Source: Neoconidiobolus thromboides FSU 785
Lineage: Eukaryota > Fungi > Entomophthoromycota
NCBI GenBank assembly: GCA_025603075.1
Contig: MU626259.1
Coordinates: forward strand, 289,718 to 353,717
Length of the DNA: 64,000 bases
Direction of reading: 5' to 3'
A model generated the notes under the pieces. That model was not told the origin of the DNA, made no database searches, and saw only the letters and a program-made list of their open reading frames with translations. Below are positions 12,214-24,291 of this stretch, one piece after another; the stretch's first letter is position 1, and every line of letters starts with the position of its first letter. The translations under genes were made by a program, and so were the position numbers.

Positions 12214-12316
12214 TATGGCGATGCTTTTTTTTCTTCATTACTTTCTTCATCTTTAGGTGCTGTTTGAGCGGAAAGATTGTTAACAAAATTCTTAAACGAA
12301 AAAATACATTCCCATA
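12214..12316 (-). mobile_element. MITE-104 copy nested in the TIR of a related element
   Basis: Full length, flanked by ATAT/TA on both sides. Confidence 0.88.
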
Positions 12317-12679
12317 TTCAAATTGGTTTCAAAATTTACTTAAATTTGGATTAAGTCCTTAATGGATAATCTGGTCAAATTTAAAAAGCTTAGTAAAATA
12401 AAAAAAATATTAAATTTTGCTATTAATAATAAATTTAATCAAATAATATATAAAGTTTAATATTTTTCTAATAAATATAAGAGTCTTAAATTTGATATAA
12501 GCAAAATTTAGTATGCTTATTTAAAGACAATTAATAATAACGAAATAATAATATTACAACTTATCATAGAAAATATATAAGAAATGAAATAAAAATAAGA
12601 AGATCTTTTAATAAAAAAAAGTTATAAATTTAGACCATTATAACAAATAAGCTACATTAATATTAAAGTTCAGTGTTTT

Positions 12680-13002
12680 ATATATATGTTTGAATTGATT
12701 TCATTTTTAAATATTCTAAATTTTAAGGACTTAACAAATTCTTTATTAAAAACCGAAAGTATTTGACAGTTTTAAATTACTTTATCATAATTTATATAAT
12801 AAGTTAGCCGAAATTCTAGGATTAATAAGGCTTTTACTAATATAACTTATATGTTGATATTAATCAAAGTTGTAGTGTATAAGTAAATATACATTCCTAT
12901 AAAACTTCATTGCGAGATGTTTATTATTGACTACTTTATACCCAACATCGCAGATTTACTATCAAATAAATAAACAATTTTAATTTTATAATACATCATT
13001 AA
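12680..13002 (+). repeat. Element C fragment
   Basis: About 300 bp of high inverted identity with 2725-3026. Confidence 0.85.
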
Positions 13003-13100
13003 TATGAGGATGTTTAGTTTTATTACTTTTTCCATATTTTAAGCACTATTTGAGTGGAAATTTCATTAGTAAATTCTTGAACCTAAAAATACATCACCAT
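13003..13100 (-). mobile_element. MITE-104 copy
   Basis: Diverged match to consensus. Confidence 0.85.
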
Positions 13101-13759
13101 TTCTTTTTTCATTATTAAAAATCCCATAAACTTTGGGTTATTATAAATAGTCGTTGAAATTAATATAAATGAATAACAATTTCATATGATATACTTTTCT
13201 TTATTGTATTAAAATTTTCAAAAATTTCACTTTGAAGTTTAGTTATAAAAGTTTATATTTTGTTCTTATTTTAATAAAAGGTAAAGACAAATATTTATAT
13301 ATTTATTAAATATCTGATGAAAATAATACAAAATACATAAAAAAATAAATAAATCAAAATAAGTTTTTTGAGTTAACTAATACAAATTTAAAAAGCTTAA
13401 AATTAAATAAAAAATTAAGTAAATTCTGAAACTAATTTGGACATCTCCATTATATCAAAAATAGTTTTTATTAAAATGTAGGTTACAAGCTGTTTTTAAT
13501 TTTTAGTAAAAGTATTAAAATTAAATCAGGCTCAAATTGATCTATACTATCAATTGCAGTATTTCAATAACCCTTAAAGATATAGTGAGTTGTTATAATT
13601 AACCTTCAAGGAAACATGTAAAAAAATAAAATCTGAACCTTTGATAAAAATAAAAGTCAATTATTCTAAAATAAGTATAAAGAGAATATTATGGGAAGTT
13701 AACAATCGTCTATACATAACTATTAGATACTATTTATATTTAATTTTTTATTAGCTATA

Positions 13760-14446
13760 TTACAATTTAATTTCAAATAAGGAGATAATTTTCCTATCTT
13801 CAAAATGTAAGGTATTATCAATTGGACATTCCAACAAGTAGCTTGATGTTGTCAAGCCAAAAGTCTCTTGAAGTGAATGGGGTAAAGGAGAGTTCGAATT
13901 ACTTGATGAGTTTATATTGCCATCTTTTTTATATGTTGATGAAGCACTACTAGCTTCATTATCGCTAGTAAACCTCTTAATCTCTAATACATCTTTCTTG
14001 AAATAATAATGTTCAGGGATATCAAGTTGCTTTAAGGAGGAATTTCTAGGCCTTAAAAGGTCACAATGTTTTGACTTATCATTGTATACATAGTTTACTA
14101 ACTGGAATTTTCTATCATCGATCCCTTGAATTGTATATGTCCTCTTTATTAGATTTGAATATTCATTATTATTCTTATTTTTATTTGTTCTCTCATAATA
14201 GCTAAAAAAGCCTTTATAATACCTTGATTTTGACCATGATTTACCATCTGTCCAGCGACACATACTAGAACTACTTTCTTCCCATACAAAACAAGCCCCT
14301 GAATTAATCAATTTCTTTTCATTAGAGTCTAATCTTCGTTTAATTAAACTTAAGTAGCCTAAACGGGATGCCTCGATGATAATCAAGGCATCTTTGTAAT
14401 CTTCAATATAGCCATGAAATAGAGATAATTTTGGGTTAGTTAGCAT
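13760..14446 (-). CDS. Gti1/Pac2 (WOPR) family transcription factor, 228 aa
   Basis: FHGYIEDYKDALIIIEA; SGACFVWEE; RWTDGKSWSKSR; LIKRTYTI; FQLVNY. Confidence 0.92.
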   Translation of the reverse strand: MLTNPKLSLFHGYIEDYKDALIIIEASRLGYLSLIKRRLDSNEKKLINSGACFVWEESSSSMCRWTDGKSWSKSRYYKGFFSYYERTNKNKNNNEYSNLIKRTYTIQGIDDRKFQLVNYVYNDKSKHCDLLRPRNSSLKQLDIPEHYYFKKDVLEIKRFTSDNEASSASSTYKKDGNINSSSNSNSPLPHSLQETFGLTTSSYLLECPIDNTLHFEDRKIISLFEIKL

Positions 14447-16436
14447 TTTTGTATATAATATAATTCTATTAAAGTTTACCGTTCCTTCTTTTTATAGTTT
14501 TTATATTTACCCTAAATAATGTTCGCTGAAACTCAATAGTAACTTTATAATGGCATTACAAGGAATCTAATTGAGTCGAAATATGATTTAATAAAATTAA
14601 CTTAGAAATTCAAAAAATTAAGCTTGTGGAGGTTTTGGTTTAATTATTTATGCAAATTCTTGAACCAGTTCGTTCTGTAAAGCCTGGATTCTGTATATAT
14701 TTCTATATGGCTAATTGATATTAGAATAGATAAAATAAAATTAATAATATATGAAACAAAAATTTATTTATTTATTCACTTTTATTTGTTTATATTCTCA
14801 AGTATACAACAGTAATCAAGTTATAACATTGTATCCTTGTTTAAAATCCAAAAACCTTAATACTCAACAATATTAATAACAAAATTGAGCTATTTTTAAA
14901 CTGCAAACTTAACACTTTGTTATTAATATAAAACCTATTAATTTAAATTTAAATTTAAAATAAAAAATAATCTAAGGCATAGTTTTAATAAACTATCCGA
15001 TTGTATGTCAATTATTTTTTAGTTCATAAAAGTCCAAATTCGGAGACGATCTTTAATTAAAAATAGCTGCATTTTTTTTGTTAAAACAATTTAGTAAAAA
15101 ATTCTAAAAGTTATATCACCTTATAAAAATTTCCTTGTTTTCGGGATTTTTTAATTAAACTCAATTATTTGCTTAAAGTTAATAGTTTATTTTAAAGCCA
15201 AGTGATCGAATTTTCCACCTTTTTATTCAATCTTTCATTGTAATGCTAATAATAAATACCGCCGACCATTTCAAATAAATCATATAATTCTTTATAAATA
15301 TAATTAACCTTAAACGTGTGAAGCCTGGTTTTTAGATTATTTACTTCTATAAGCTATGGTACTATACAAATTAAAGAATAGCCACCTAAATAATTTTAAT
15401 GATATCTATACTTGAAAATATTTTGATATTCAGAGAAATAGCTTTCCATTTGATCTTTTAGTAAAAACAAGAATACTCAAATTAAACTACTATTTGCCTT
15501 AAATAGTAATTTAATCTTTCGTTTTTTTATGCACTATACCTTTTTAACTATTATAAGAGTAATGAATGTAAATACTTCCAAGGGTTTTATTAACAAAAAT
15601 TAATCAAATTAAATTATAAAAAATATTTGTATACTCTATCTTAATTGCTTAAAATTTTTATTAGGGTTTAGCTATAACTTGGATTGAAGACCAAAAAACT
15701 TCAGTTTTGGCATCTAATTTCCATTTACTATCATAGTTTTAGAACTACATTATTTAAACTTTCAACTTTAATTATCCTCTGAGGCGAATAATTCGAATAT
15801 ATCTATCATGGCCATTATGATACAGTTAACGGATAAAGCTCGAAAGTATTAGCTAATTGAATTAATTTATAATGAAATATATAGATCAGAAACTCATTTG
15901 TTAGCTAAAATTTTACAGCTTTAGCCGTTAACAGCGGGTTTTGGTCATCAAAAATATACTCATATTATTCGATCAAGAGGATAGTGTTGATATTTTGTAA
16001 CTACTTTATTATCAGCCCAACTCTAAGGCTATTTTTATTTGATATTTTATTTTCGTATCAAAAGTAGCATAAAATTCGATTCTAATATTAGCTTATTTTG
16101 TTAGTATCTAATACTTCGAATTACTTTACAGGATAGAAAACAAATAAAAATGTTGAAAATTGTCATAAATCCAGATTATATAACGGCTTATTATTAATTA
16201 GCATTAATTAAAATATAAGCCTTGTATAAGATTTATTAAATAATCATTAACTTTTATAGTAAGATGTCGCATTATCCAAAAAAACAAAAACTTACTTACA
16301 TTCTTAAGAAACTATTTTAGTTAAATCAAATGATTAAACTCCTTCAAGTACTAAAACGACAAAACAATCAAGTTGACGTTTAAATAAGCTGTTTTTATTT
16401 ATTAATTCATTCAATTGTAAAATCCTATCAACTATA

Positions 16437-18555
16437 TCAATTATTCTCCTTTTTTTCAGTATGAGGTTGTTGGATATAACTTTTCCTTTCCTCCGTTAAT
16501 TTCCAAGTCTTAGGATACTGCCATTCTAAATTAGACATAGGGAATTCATTAAAACCTAATAACAAAGTTGGAACATTTGTAACATCGCTTTGTATTAAAT
16601 GGAGCTTGTTTATTTCTGAATCCAGATTAATTTCCATATCCTTGATTTCTTTAATAAATTGATTAATTTTTTGTAATCTTCCAATCTCTTTTATTTTTTC
16701 ATTCTCAGCACCTTTCTGATAACTAAATGCTCCCTCTCTCACTTGACTAAATGCTCTTTTTAACTTATCATTCATATTTAATACATCTTCAAGCCTTTCT
16801 TCATTATTTTCTACGCTCAAAATACCACTTCCACTAATATATTCTCTGATTGACTCGACTTTATTCTTAATACATTCCAACGATGCCCTTTGTTCATCAA
16901 TATGACTATCCACTTCCTTATTCCCAAATTTACAATAATTCAAAGCATGCTCGGTGAGTTCTAATCCTTTTGTTATTATTTGCTGCTTAAACTCCGCATG
17001 TGCTTTTTTCATTTCATCATACTCACTTAATTCGGATAGATTCATTATTTCTATACCATTTATTCTAGAAATTTTATTCTTTATCGCTCTTTCTAAGCTA
17101 TGAGACATTTCTAATGCCTTTTGTTTTAACTCTTCACTTTGTTTTCTATACTCATCTAAACTTTGATCGTTCATTTCTTCTACCTTTTTAAAAACTACTT
17201 CCAATTGAGTTTGGGTTCTATAAATTTCTTTTCTAAACTCTTCAACCTTTACTTTTGTAATTTCCCTTTGTTTTAGATTTTCCTCTTTTATCTTCGCCCT
17301 CACCTCTTCCAATTTAGTAATATTCAAACCTATGCCACTCACAATATTATTATCCATCCTATTTAATTTAGAACTCATAACTTCCCTTTGCCATTTTACC
17401 TAATAAAGTTAAGTTTTTTAATTAAAATAAACTTAGTTTGTTACCATATCTCTATATGCTTTGTTCTCCACCTCTTTCTTCCTCGTAAGATCTAAAACCT
17501 TTTCCAACTGATCTTTCATATGGTTTAACAAATCGCCACTCTTATTTTTAATTTCAGAGTTCATCTCGCTCATATACCTATTTACTTGTCCATTATGAAA
17601 TTCAATATCGGCCTCTAAATCTTTGATCTCTTTTAATATACCATCATCATTATTTCTTCCATCCTTTTCTTCGATACCTTGGCACTAAAATGTTATTAAT
17701 TGACTCTTTAATAAGGTTAATTAAACTTACCATTTCCAATCCATACTCAATTTCAGCTACTTTAGATTCAAAGAAACTCATCTGATTACAATAAGTTTCT
17801 TGATAATCATTCATACTATTTATGATCTTTTCAATTTCTTGTTTCCGATTACCTTTAGTCTCTTTTTGGCCTAAGCTCCTATTTTTAGTAGAATCTCCTT
17901 TAAATAAATTAAATTATTAAAATATTAATAACTAGATATTTTACCCAAATATTTTTTAATAGCTTTTATCCTTTCATCCCTGTCCTTCACTTCTTTTGCT
18001 AGACTGTCTGCTATCGAATGCAACTCTGATTCATTTTTCTTATATTGTTCAATAATCTTTTGAGAAGCGAACAGTTTTGTTGTTAGCTTTTTAATCTCTT
18101 CATTCTTTACTTTCAGTATGCGTTCTTCTTTTAGGAATAATTTTTGAGCATGCTCGTATTCTTGCTTCAAATGATCATAACTCTGTTTCAACCTATTATC
18201 TGAAACACCACTCAATTCTTTGGCAACTAAATTATCATTTGAGTAGTTGGACTTATTTCTACTTACTGCTTTGTTTTCGCTTTTGAGTTTCTAGATTAAA
18301 TTGATACTGAATTCTAATTATGCATAAATCTTCTTACTTTTAATTCTTGTTTTAGTTGACTGTTCTCCTCATTTAACATTTTGTTCTCTTCTCTTGCAAG
18401 TTCTCTTTCATTTTTGAGTTTCTAGATTAAATTAATTTTATTTTCTAATCATGTATATATTTGCTTACATTGTAATCTTGTTTCAGAATATTATTTTCCT
18501 TTTCCAAGACTAAAAGCCTAGAGCTTTCATCCTTTTGTGAATTCGTGCCATCCAT
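16437..18555 (-). CDS. Coiled-coil protein A (6 exons) with kinesin-5-tail-like WQYPKTWKLT motif and no motor domain
   Basis: ATG at 18555 (MDGTNSQKDESSRLL). GT-AG introns at 18422-18468, 18291-18337, ~17899-17945, ~17685-17730 and ~17400-17444 join open frames, including track ORFs 17925-18215 and 16437-17378. E/K/Q-rich heptads. Confidence 0.75.
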
Positions 18556-18910
18556 ATTTCTCCTTATGTTGATTAGTATTATATTATTTTAAAAATAAAA
18601 GTAATCACTTCAAAAAATAAATCAAACCCTTTGTTTATTTTCAACTTTGAAGTATTCGATTTTTAGCAAATTAAACTCCATAATCATTGAATGAAATTTT
18701 CATCATTATAAAATAGGCTAAAATAATCACTAAAATAAACGATATATAAAATAATGATAAATATACAACAAAATATTTCATTTTTATTAAAATAAATTAA
18801 ATCTAAAGATTCCTATTAACATCTGCTAGTTCATTGGTTAGTTAACTCCAGAACAAAAGCTGTCAAAGACACTGCTTAACTAAATAATACACTAAAATTA
18901 GATAATAAAA

Positions 18911-20070
18911 CTAGAGCCAATGGCTTAGTTTTTCACATAATAACTCATACGTCAGTAAAGTTAAGGTGGTACTTGGTACCGTCCTTAATAAATTAGTAGG
19001 AAACCCTTTATAAAAAGCAGAAGCTCCTTCTTCTTTAAATATAGTGAGACAGGCATGTCTCACCCCGAGATATTTGTACGGTGGTTTCGTCTGATTTTGT
19101 AATCGAGTTCGAACCACTTCATGAGGATATGTACATAGAGAAGCGGCCATAATGGAAATAGATGAGGCCATTAATATCGTTCCTTTAGCTATTTTTCCAT
19201 CATTGTTATCATTAGGAGCTTGAAATGGGTTATTAAATTTTAGAATCTCTTAAATATCATTAATTTTACCAAATTTCACTTTCAGTCTTTCGTAAAGTGG
19301 AAATTGAACAATGACATGAGATACACCTATTAAAGAAGGTACTAACCCTCTATAAAATCCAGAAATTCCTTCTTGTAACCATATTTTTTTAAAGGCATCT
19401 ATGGTGCCATTATAACAATAAACGGTTGTTTTTGATTGTGTCTTTTAAATGGTTAATATAAACAAATTTTATTTAAGTTCATTACCATAATTCGAGTTTT
19501 TATAACCCATAATGGTGTTGTTGCTATGGTCGAAACACAACCTGCTATCATGGCAGAAATCATATGTACAAATGAACTATTGACTTCTTTGCCTAAAGTT
19601 AAAAATTAACTAATAAAAATTACAATTAGATAAGGTTACTAACCAAGTAAATTAGTCGACCAAGGTTTTAAGGCATGATAGCATGAAAAATAGATTGCCC
19701 AAGATGGTAAATACCCTAATATTGTTGGATTTAATCCTCTATATAATCCATTGATTCCTTCTTCTTTAAATATAACCCTTAATGGCGCTAAAAAAGATCA
19801 ATACTAATTTAGAATCCATTTTGAAAAAAGTACCTATAGCACCTTTATAGTAGGTGGAACCGGGTATAACTTTACTTTGATTTTGTAATCGAGTTTTAAC
19901 TACATCTAATGGACAAGTTACTATGGATGCTACTAAACCAGCACCGGCTCCAGCTAACGTATGTTTGATTTGTTCACCCCTATATCTATTTTAATTAACT
20001 AACTAGGCTAATAATTATTTATAACTAACTACTTTAGAATTCCTTCTGTATTTGGGGGATTGACTTTCAT
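18911..20070 (-). CDS. YIA6: Mitochondrial carrier (SLC25), NAD+ transporter YIA6/NDT1-like; multi-exon
   Basis: Three carrier repeats (TCPLDVVKTRLQNQ, TTPLWVIKTR, TYPHEVVRTRLQNQ) and GYLPSWAIYF typical of fungal NAD+ carriers; 5' end uncertain. Confidence 0.8.
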
Positions 20071-20548
20071 CTCAATATTAAGATCTTTTTTTTCTAAACT
20101 TTAGTTCATTTAATTGGATTAATTGGATTAGTTTTAAGTCCTTCTTACCAATTTCTACACCCTAGCATATACCATGCCATATCCTTATCCTTTTATACAC
20201 CTTCTTTTTTACCTCTCTATTATTTACTTGTTTAACTTTTTTATTTCTATTACTTTCAACCAATTCTTCGTCACTTTTAAAAATCTAAATTTAAAATTTG
20301 TTAACCTTTATGCTAATCATAGGAATGTTGGATCTTAAATAGTCCAAGCCATTGGCTTAAAATAGAAAATTCAAGCTAATTAGACCAATCATTACCTCAT
20401 TTTAATTCTACTTTTAAAAACAATTTAACACAACACAGCAGTCACAAGCTTCAATTTGTTCTAAGGACAAAATTTTACAATAAATAATGTGTCCAATGAT
20501 TTGAACTTGATTTTTTAGTTAATAAAAAATGTGAAATTTAAAATAATT

Positions 20549-20630
20549 TGTCAACTGTGGGGTTCGAACCCACGCCTCTCTCGAGATTGCATCTTAAGTG
20601 CAACGCCTTAGACCGCTCGGCCAAATTGAC
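20549..20630 (-). tRNA. tRNA-Leu(TAA)
   Basis: Reverse complement reads GTCAATTTGGCCGAGCGGTCTAAGGCGTTGCACTTAAGATGCAA...GTTGACA; long variable arm; 82 nt. Confidence 0.96.
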
Positions 20631-20815
20631 TTTATTACATATAAGAAACCAAAAATTACTAATAAATGTATTAAAATTTCTGGAACATTTTTAAATAGAT
20701 TGAGCATTTGAATCTTAAGCTAAGAAAGGAAAAAAAATTCACTAATTAGATAATTAAATTTTTGATACAGCTGCTAAAGTGAAGAGTGAAAAGCTTAGAG
20801 TTATTTGGACGAGTA

Positions 20816-20918
20816 TATAGGAGTTTTTTTGGCTTCATTACTTTTTCCATTTTTAAGCACTATTTGAGCAGAAAATTCGTTAGTAAAACTCTTAAGCGCA
20901 AAAAAACATCCCTCTATA
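20816..20918 (-). mobile_element. MITE-104 copy
   Basis: Full-length diverged match. Confidence 0.88.
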
Positions 20919-20943
20919 TTTTTTAATTATATAATATAAAATA

Positions 20944-21048
20944 TATGGGGATGTATTTTTGTATTTGAGGATTTTACTAACAAATTTTCCATTTAAATAG
21001 CGCTTAAAAGACGGAAAAAATAATGAAGCCAAAAAAAACATACCCATA
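20944..21048 (+). mobile_element. MITE-104 copy
   Basis: Near-identical to copy 63235-63339. Confidence 0.92.
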
Positions 21049-21493
21049 TGTTTCCTAAAAAATTTACTAACTTTTTTTATTTAGTAAAATATAAAGTTAC
21101 GTTCATAATGATAAAATAACAAAACTGATGGTTGATAATCTTTATATTACATATAGTAACTATTTTTATTTAAGAACATAGCTTTTTATGACATAACTAA
21201 CTTTTAAATATTATACCTATCCTTAGTTTTTTATTATTTTATTATTTTATTATTATGAATGTAACTTTATATTCTGTTAGATAGGTTTTATTTTTGTTTT
21301 TTATACACTTCTTTAATATAGTTGTTATAAACTTTTTCTCAAACTTTTGGCTTTTTATAGTATAAACCAATTAATTTTTAAGTGTAAAGTTTTATAAAAA
21401 TTTAAATATTGTTGTTATTTTTTATTATTGTTTTTTATTTTGAAAAGTTTGTAAAAATGAAGTTTTAAATATATAAAATAAAGTAAATAGTAA

Positions 21494-21597
21494 TATAGGG
21501 GTGTTTTTTTTGGCTTCGTTATTTTTCCACCTTTTAAGCGCTATTTGAGTGGAAAAATTGTTAGTAAAATTGTTAAACACAAAAATACATCCCCATA
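21494..21597 (-). mobile_element. MITE-104 copy
   Basis: Full-length match. Confidence 0.92.
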
Positions 21598-22342
21598 TGA
21601 TATCTGTGGAATCTGACACTGAGTGATTGGAGTCAATAACAGCTATTACCTAGTTGACTATAGTATAAGCTGAGAGGTCTTAGTTTATGTGACTAAGATA
21701 GACTTGGATTATGAAGAATAGCACGTAATAGGTTACAAGCTATATAAAACAAATAGAATAGACAATACTAATGTAAACCTACGTAAAATACTATTAAGAA
21801 AACTTAGTGGCTTTATTAAATGTTCGAGATATCAGGGAATAATTCAGTTAAAAAGCCTCGAACTATACCCTGTAAACTCTTTTATACTCTGAAAAGTATA
21901 AATATCAAAATGAGAAGATAATATTTTTTGGGATGGAGCTAGAAATTCTCATAGCAAATCAAACTAAGAACGTAGGATTGATTTTCTCTGAGCTCAAGAA
22001 CACAACAGCTTAGGCGATTGTTATGCTATAATTAACCATGGGACTGACAAAGTGATATTTCACACTACAGACTATGTAAGACAAATATAATAGATTTTAC
22101 ATTAGTATTGTCTATTCTATTTGTTTTATATAGCTTGTAACCTATTACGTGCTATTCTTCATAATCCAAGTCTATCTTAGTCACATAAACTAAGACCTCT
22201 CAGCTTATACTATAGTCAACTAGGTAATAGCTGTTATTGACTCCAATCACTCAGTGTCAGATTCCACAGATATCATATGGGGATGTATTTTTGTGTTTAA
22301 CAATTTTACTAACAATTTTTCCACTCAAATAGCGCTTAAAAG
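21531..22342. repeat. Perfect 247-bp inverted duplication with 318-bp spacer
   Basis: 21531-21777 is the exact reverse complement of 22096-22342. Confidence 0.95.
21605..22064 (-). mobile_element. Solo-LTR-like repeat (family B), full length, 460 bp
   Basis: TGTG...CACA termini (TGTGAAAT / TGTGGAAT); TATAAAAG followed about 70 bp later by AATAAA; homologs at 1572 and 63631; no TSD seen. Confidence 0.7.
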
Positions 22343-22379
22343 ATAGAGAAAGTAATGAAGTCGAAAAAACACCCCCATA
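22276..22379 (+). mobile_element. MITE-104 copy (chimeric; its 5' part lies in the inverted duplication)
   Basis: Full-length match. Confidence 0.92.
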
Positions 22380-22627
22380 TTTAGTTTTTTATTATATTTA
22401 CTTTTTAGTTTTACTTTTATTTTATATTATTCTAAATATTTACACATTAAGTTAATGGTAATAAAATAATGAGCTTTTAGTTAATAGGTTTTGATAATAA
22501 TATGAAATGAATGTTAATATAACATTATAAAACCATATTAGCATTTAATTTACTGTTATAAAGTTTAAATAAATAATACATACAACTTATTAAATATTTA
22601 TTTTGGTTTTATTAAATTTAATATTTA

Positions 22628-22732
22628 TATGGGGATGTTTTTTTGGCTTCATTACTTTTTCTATCTTTTAAGCGCTAATTTGAGTGGAAAAATTGTTAGT
22701 AAAATTGTTAAACATAAAAATACATCCCTATA
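22628..22732 (-). mobile_element. MITE-104 copy
   Basis: Full-length match. Confidence 0.9.
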
Positions 22733-22890
22733 TATTATTTACTCACCTTTAGTCAATTAATATTAAATAGAAACTAATAAATAATAATTCATAATGCTTT
22801 TGGAGTATTCTTCAATAAAACAATAAATATTTTTATATTTAGTATATTAATTTATTTTTTTATTATGAATTTTTTTCTTTTGATTAATAA

Positions 22891-23002
22891 GTGAAGATAC
22901 TTTTTTGGTTTCATCACTTTTTATATTTCTAAGCGCTATTTGAATGGAAAAATTGTTAGTAAAATTTTTAGTAAAACTTTTAAACATAAAAATATATCCA
23001 AG
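22891..23002 (-). mobile_element. MITE-104 copy, degenerate, with a small internal duplication
   Basis: Core aagcgctatttgaatggaaaaattgttagtaaaatt. Confidence 0.8.
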
Positions 23003-23300
23003 TATTTAAATAGTTATTATTCTTACTAAAAAACTTAATTTATTATATATAAAAAATTAAACCTATTCAGACATTAACTATGGTGATAATACATGTTTAA
23101 ATGAATAAAGTTTTGCAGAAAAATATTAACTAATATTTTAAATTTAAAAATAAACACTTATTAAAAAGGTTAAAAGAAATAATATTTCAATTAATTTAAA
23201 TCTAGATCCATGTTTGAGATAAAATACATCATCCGAATTAGCTAAAAAAAATATGCATCTTATAAATTTAGGATTCTATGTATTAAAAATACAAAATGGT

Positions 23301-23382
23301 TGTCAACTGTGGGGTTCGAACCCACGCCTCTCTCGAGATTGCATCTTAAGTGCAACGCCTTAGACCGCTCGGCCAAATTGAC
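23301..23382 (-). tRNA. tRNA-Leu(TAA), identical second copy
   Basis: Identical to 20549-20630. Confidence 0.96.
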
Positions 23383-24291
23383 TTTATTGCATATAAAAAA
23401 TTAAAAATTGCTAATATACCCTTCAAATTTTAATTGGAGACTTTAAACATTTTTTTGAATTTTAGGCTAGAAAAATGAAAGAATGTGTTTATAAATTGAA
23501 TAATGGAATCTATCAATCCTAGTATGAAGTTTTTATTAAAATCGAAGAATTGATGTAAACAATGTTAAACTAAGTTTTTAATGCGTTGCATGGAAAATAA
23601 CAAGATAGAGGATAGCTTATATATTTAGTAACTATTATTACAAATCTTGAAATTGGTAGATTTCTAGCTAGTTTTGAAATAGATTAAGCTTATTTTGCTT
23701 ACTTTAAAAACAATGATTTATAATTAAAACTTGATTTGAAGCAAATGAATATTTTTATTGAATATAAAACACCCTCTTTTTTGACTTAGAAAGTAATCAT
23801 AGTGACCATCCTTTTTCATCAATTGTGGTTAACTTGGACTTTCTAATACCTTGTCAATGATTATTATGAAAATAGATAAATCTCAATGTCTTAGTTTGTA
23901 ATAAACTTACTAATTCGAAAGGTCTAGAACCAGTTGATTTGAAAAAAGAATGACTTGAAGATGAGCTTTATCTAAAAAAAATTGATTTATTTGCCTCTAG
24001 TTTTCATCTATTTTCTTAAGGGGATAAAATGTTTTACTTTTGAAGAAGATGTTTAACATGGCTTAAATATAAAAGTTTATTTTAGAATTTAATGTTTTAG
24101 TAGGATTGAAAATAAAAGATTACTGTTAATACAGATTTATTTCAAAATAAAGAACAAAATAATTTACAAAAGATGGTAATTGAATGCGAATGCGAATGCT
24201 ACTAGGAATTAAATAAGAACTATAGATCAAATAGGAATGAATGAAGATAATGCTATTAAAAAAAAGTATCTAATCAGTATTAGAATCCTAA

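Larger units (their letters stand above)
12206..13452. mobile_element. Composite TIR element with ~37-bp inverted ends related to the MITE and element C termini; carries nested insertions
   Basis: Left end tatgaggat[MITE]attcaaattggtttcaaaatttacttaa versus the reverse complement of the right end atggagatgtccaaattagtttcagaatttacttaa. Confidence 0.55.

Noticed and set aside
12153-12362. 69-aa ORF
   Set aside because: Runs across a MITE and a TIR; spurious.
21425-21619. 64-aa ORF
   Set aside because: Runs across a MITE; spurious.
23420-24060. Stop-interrupted frame suggesting RIP or a reassigned stop codon
   Set aside because: Any stop can be reverted by T>C, so this is not evidence; intact genes use TAA, TGA and TAG normally; no homolog recognised.
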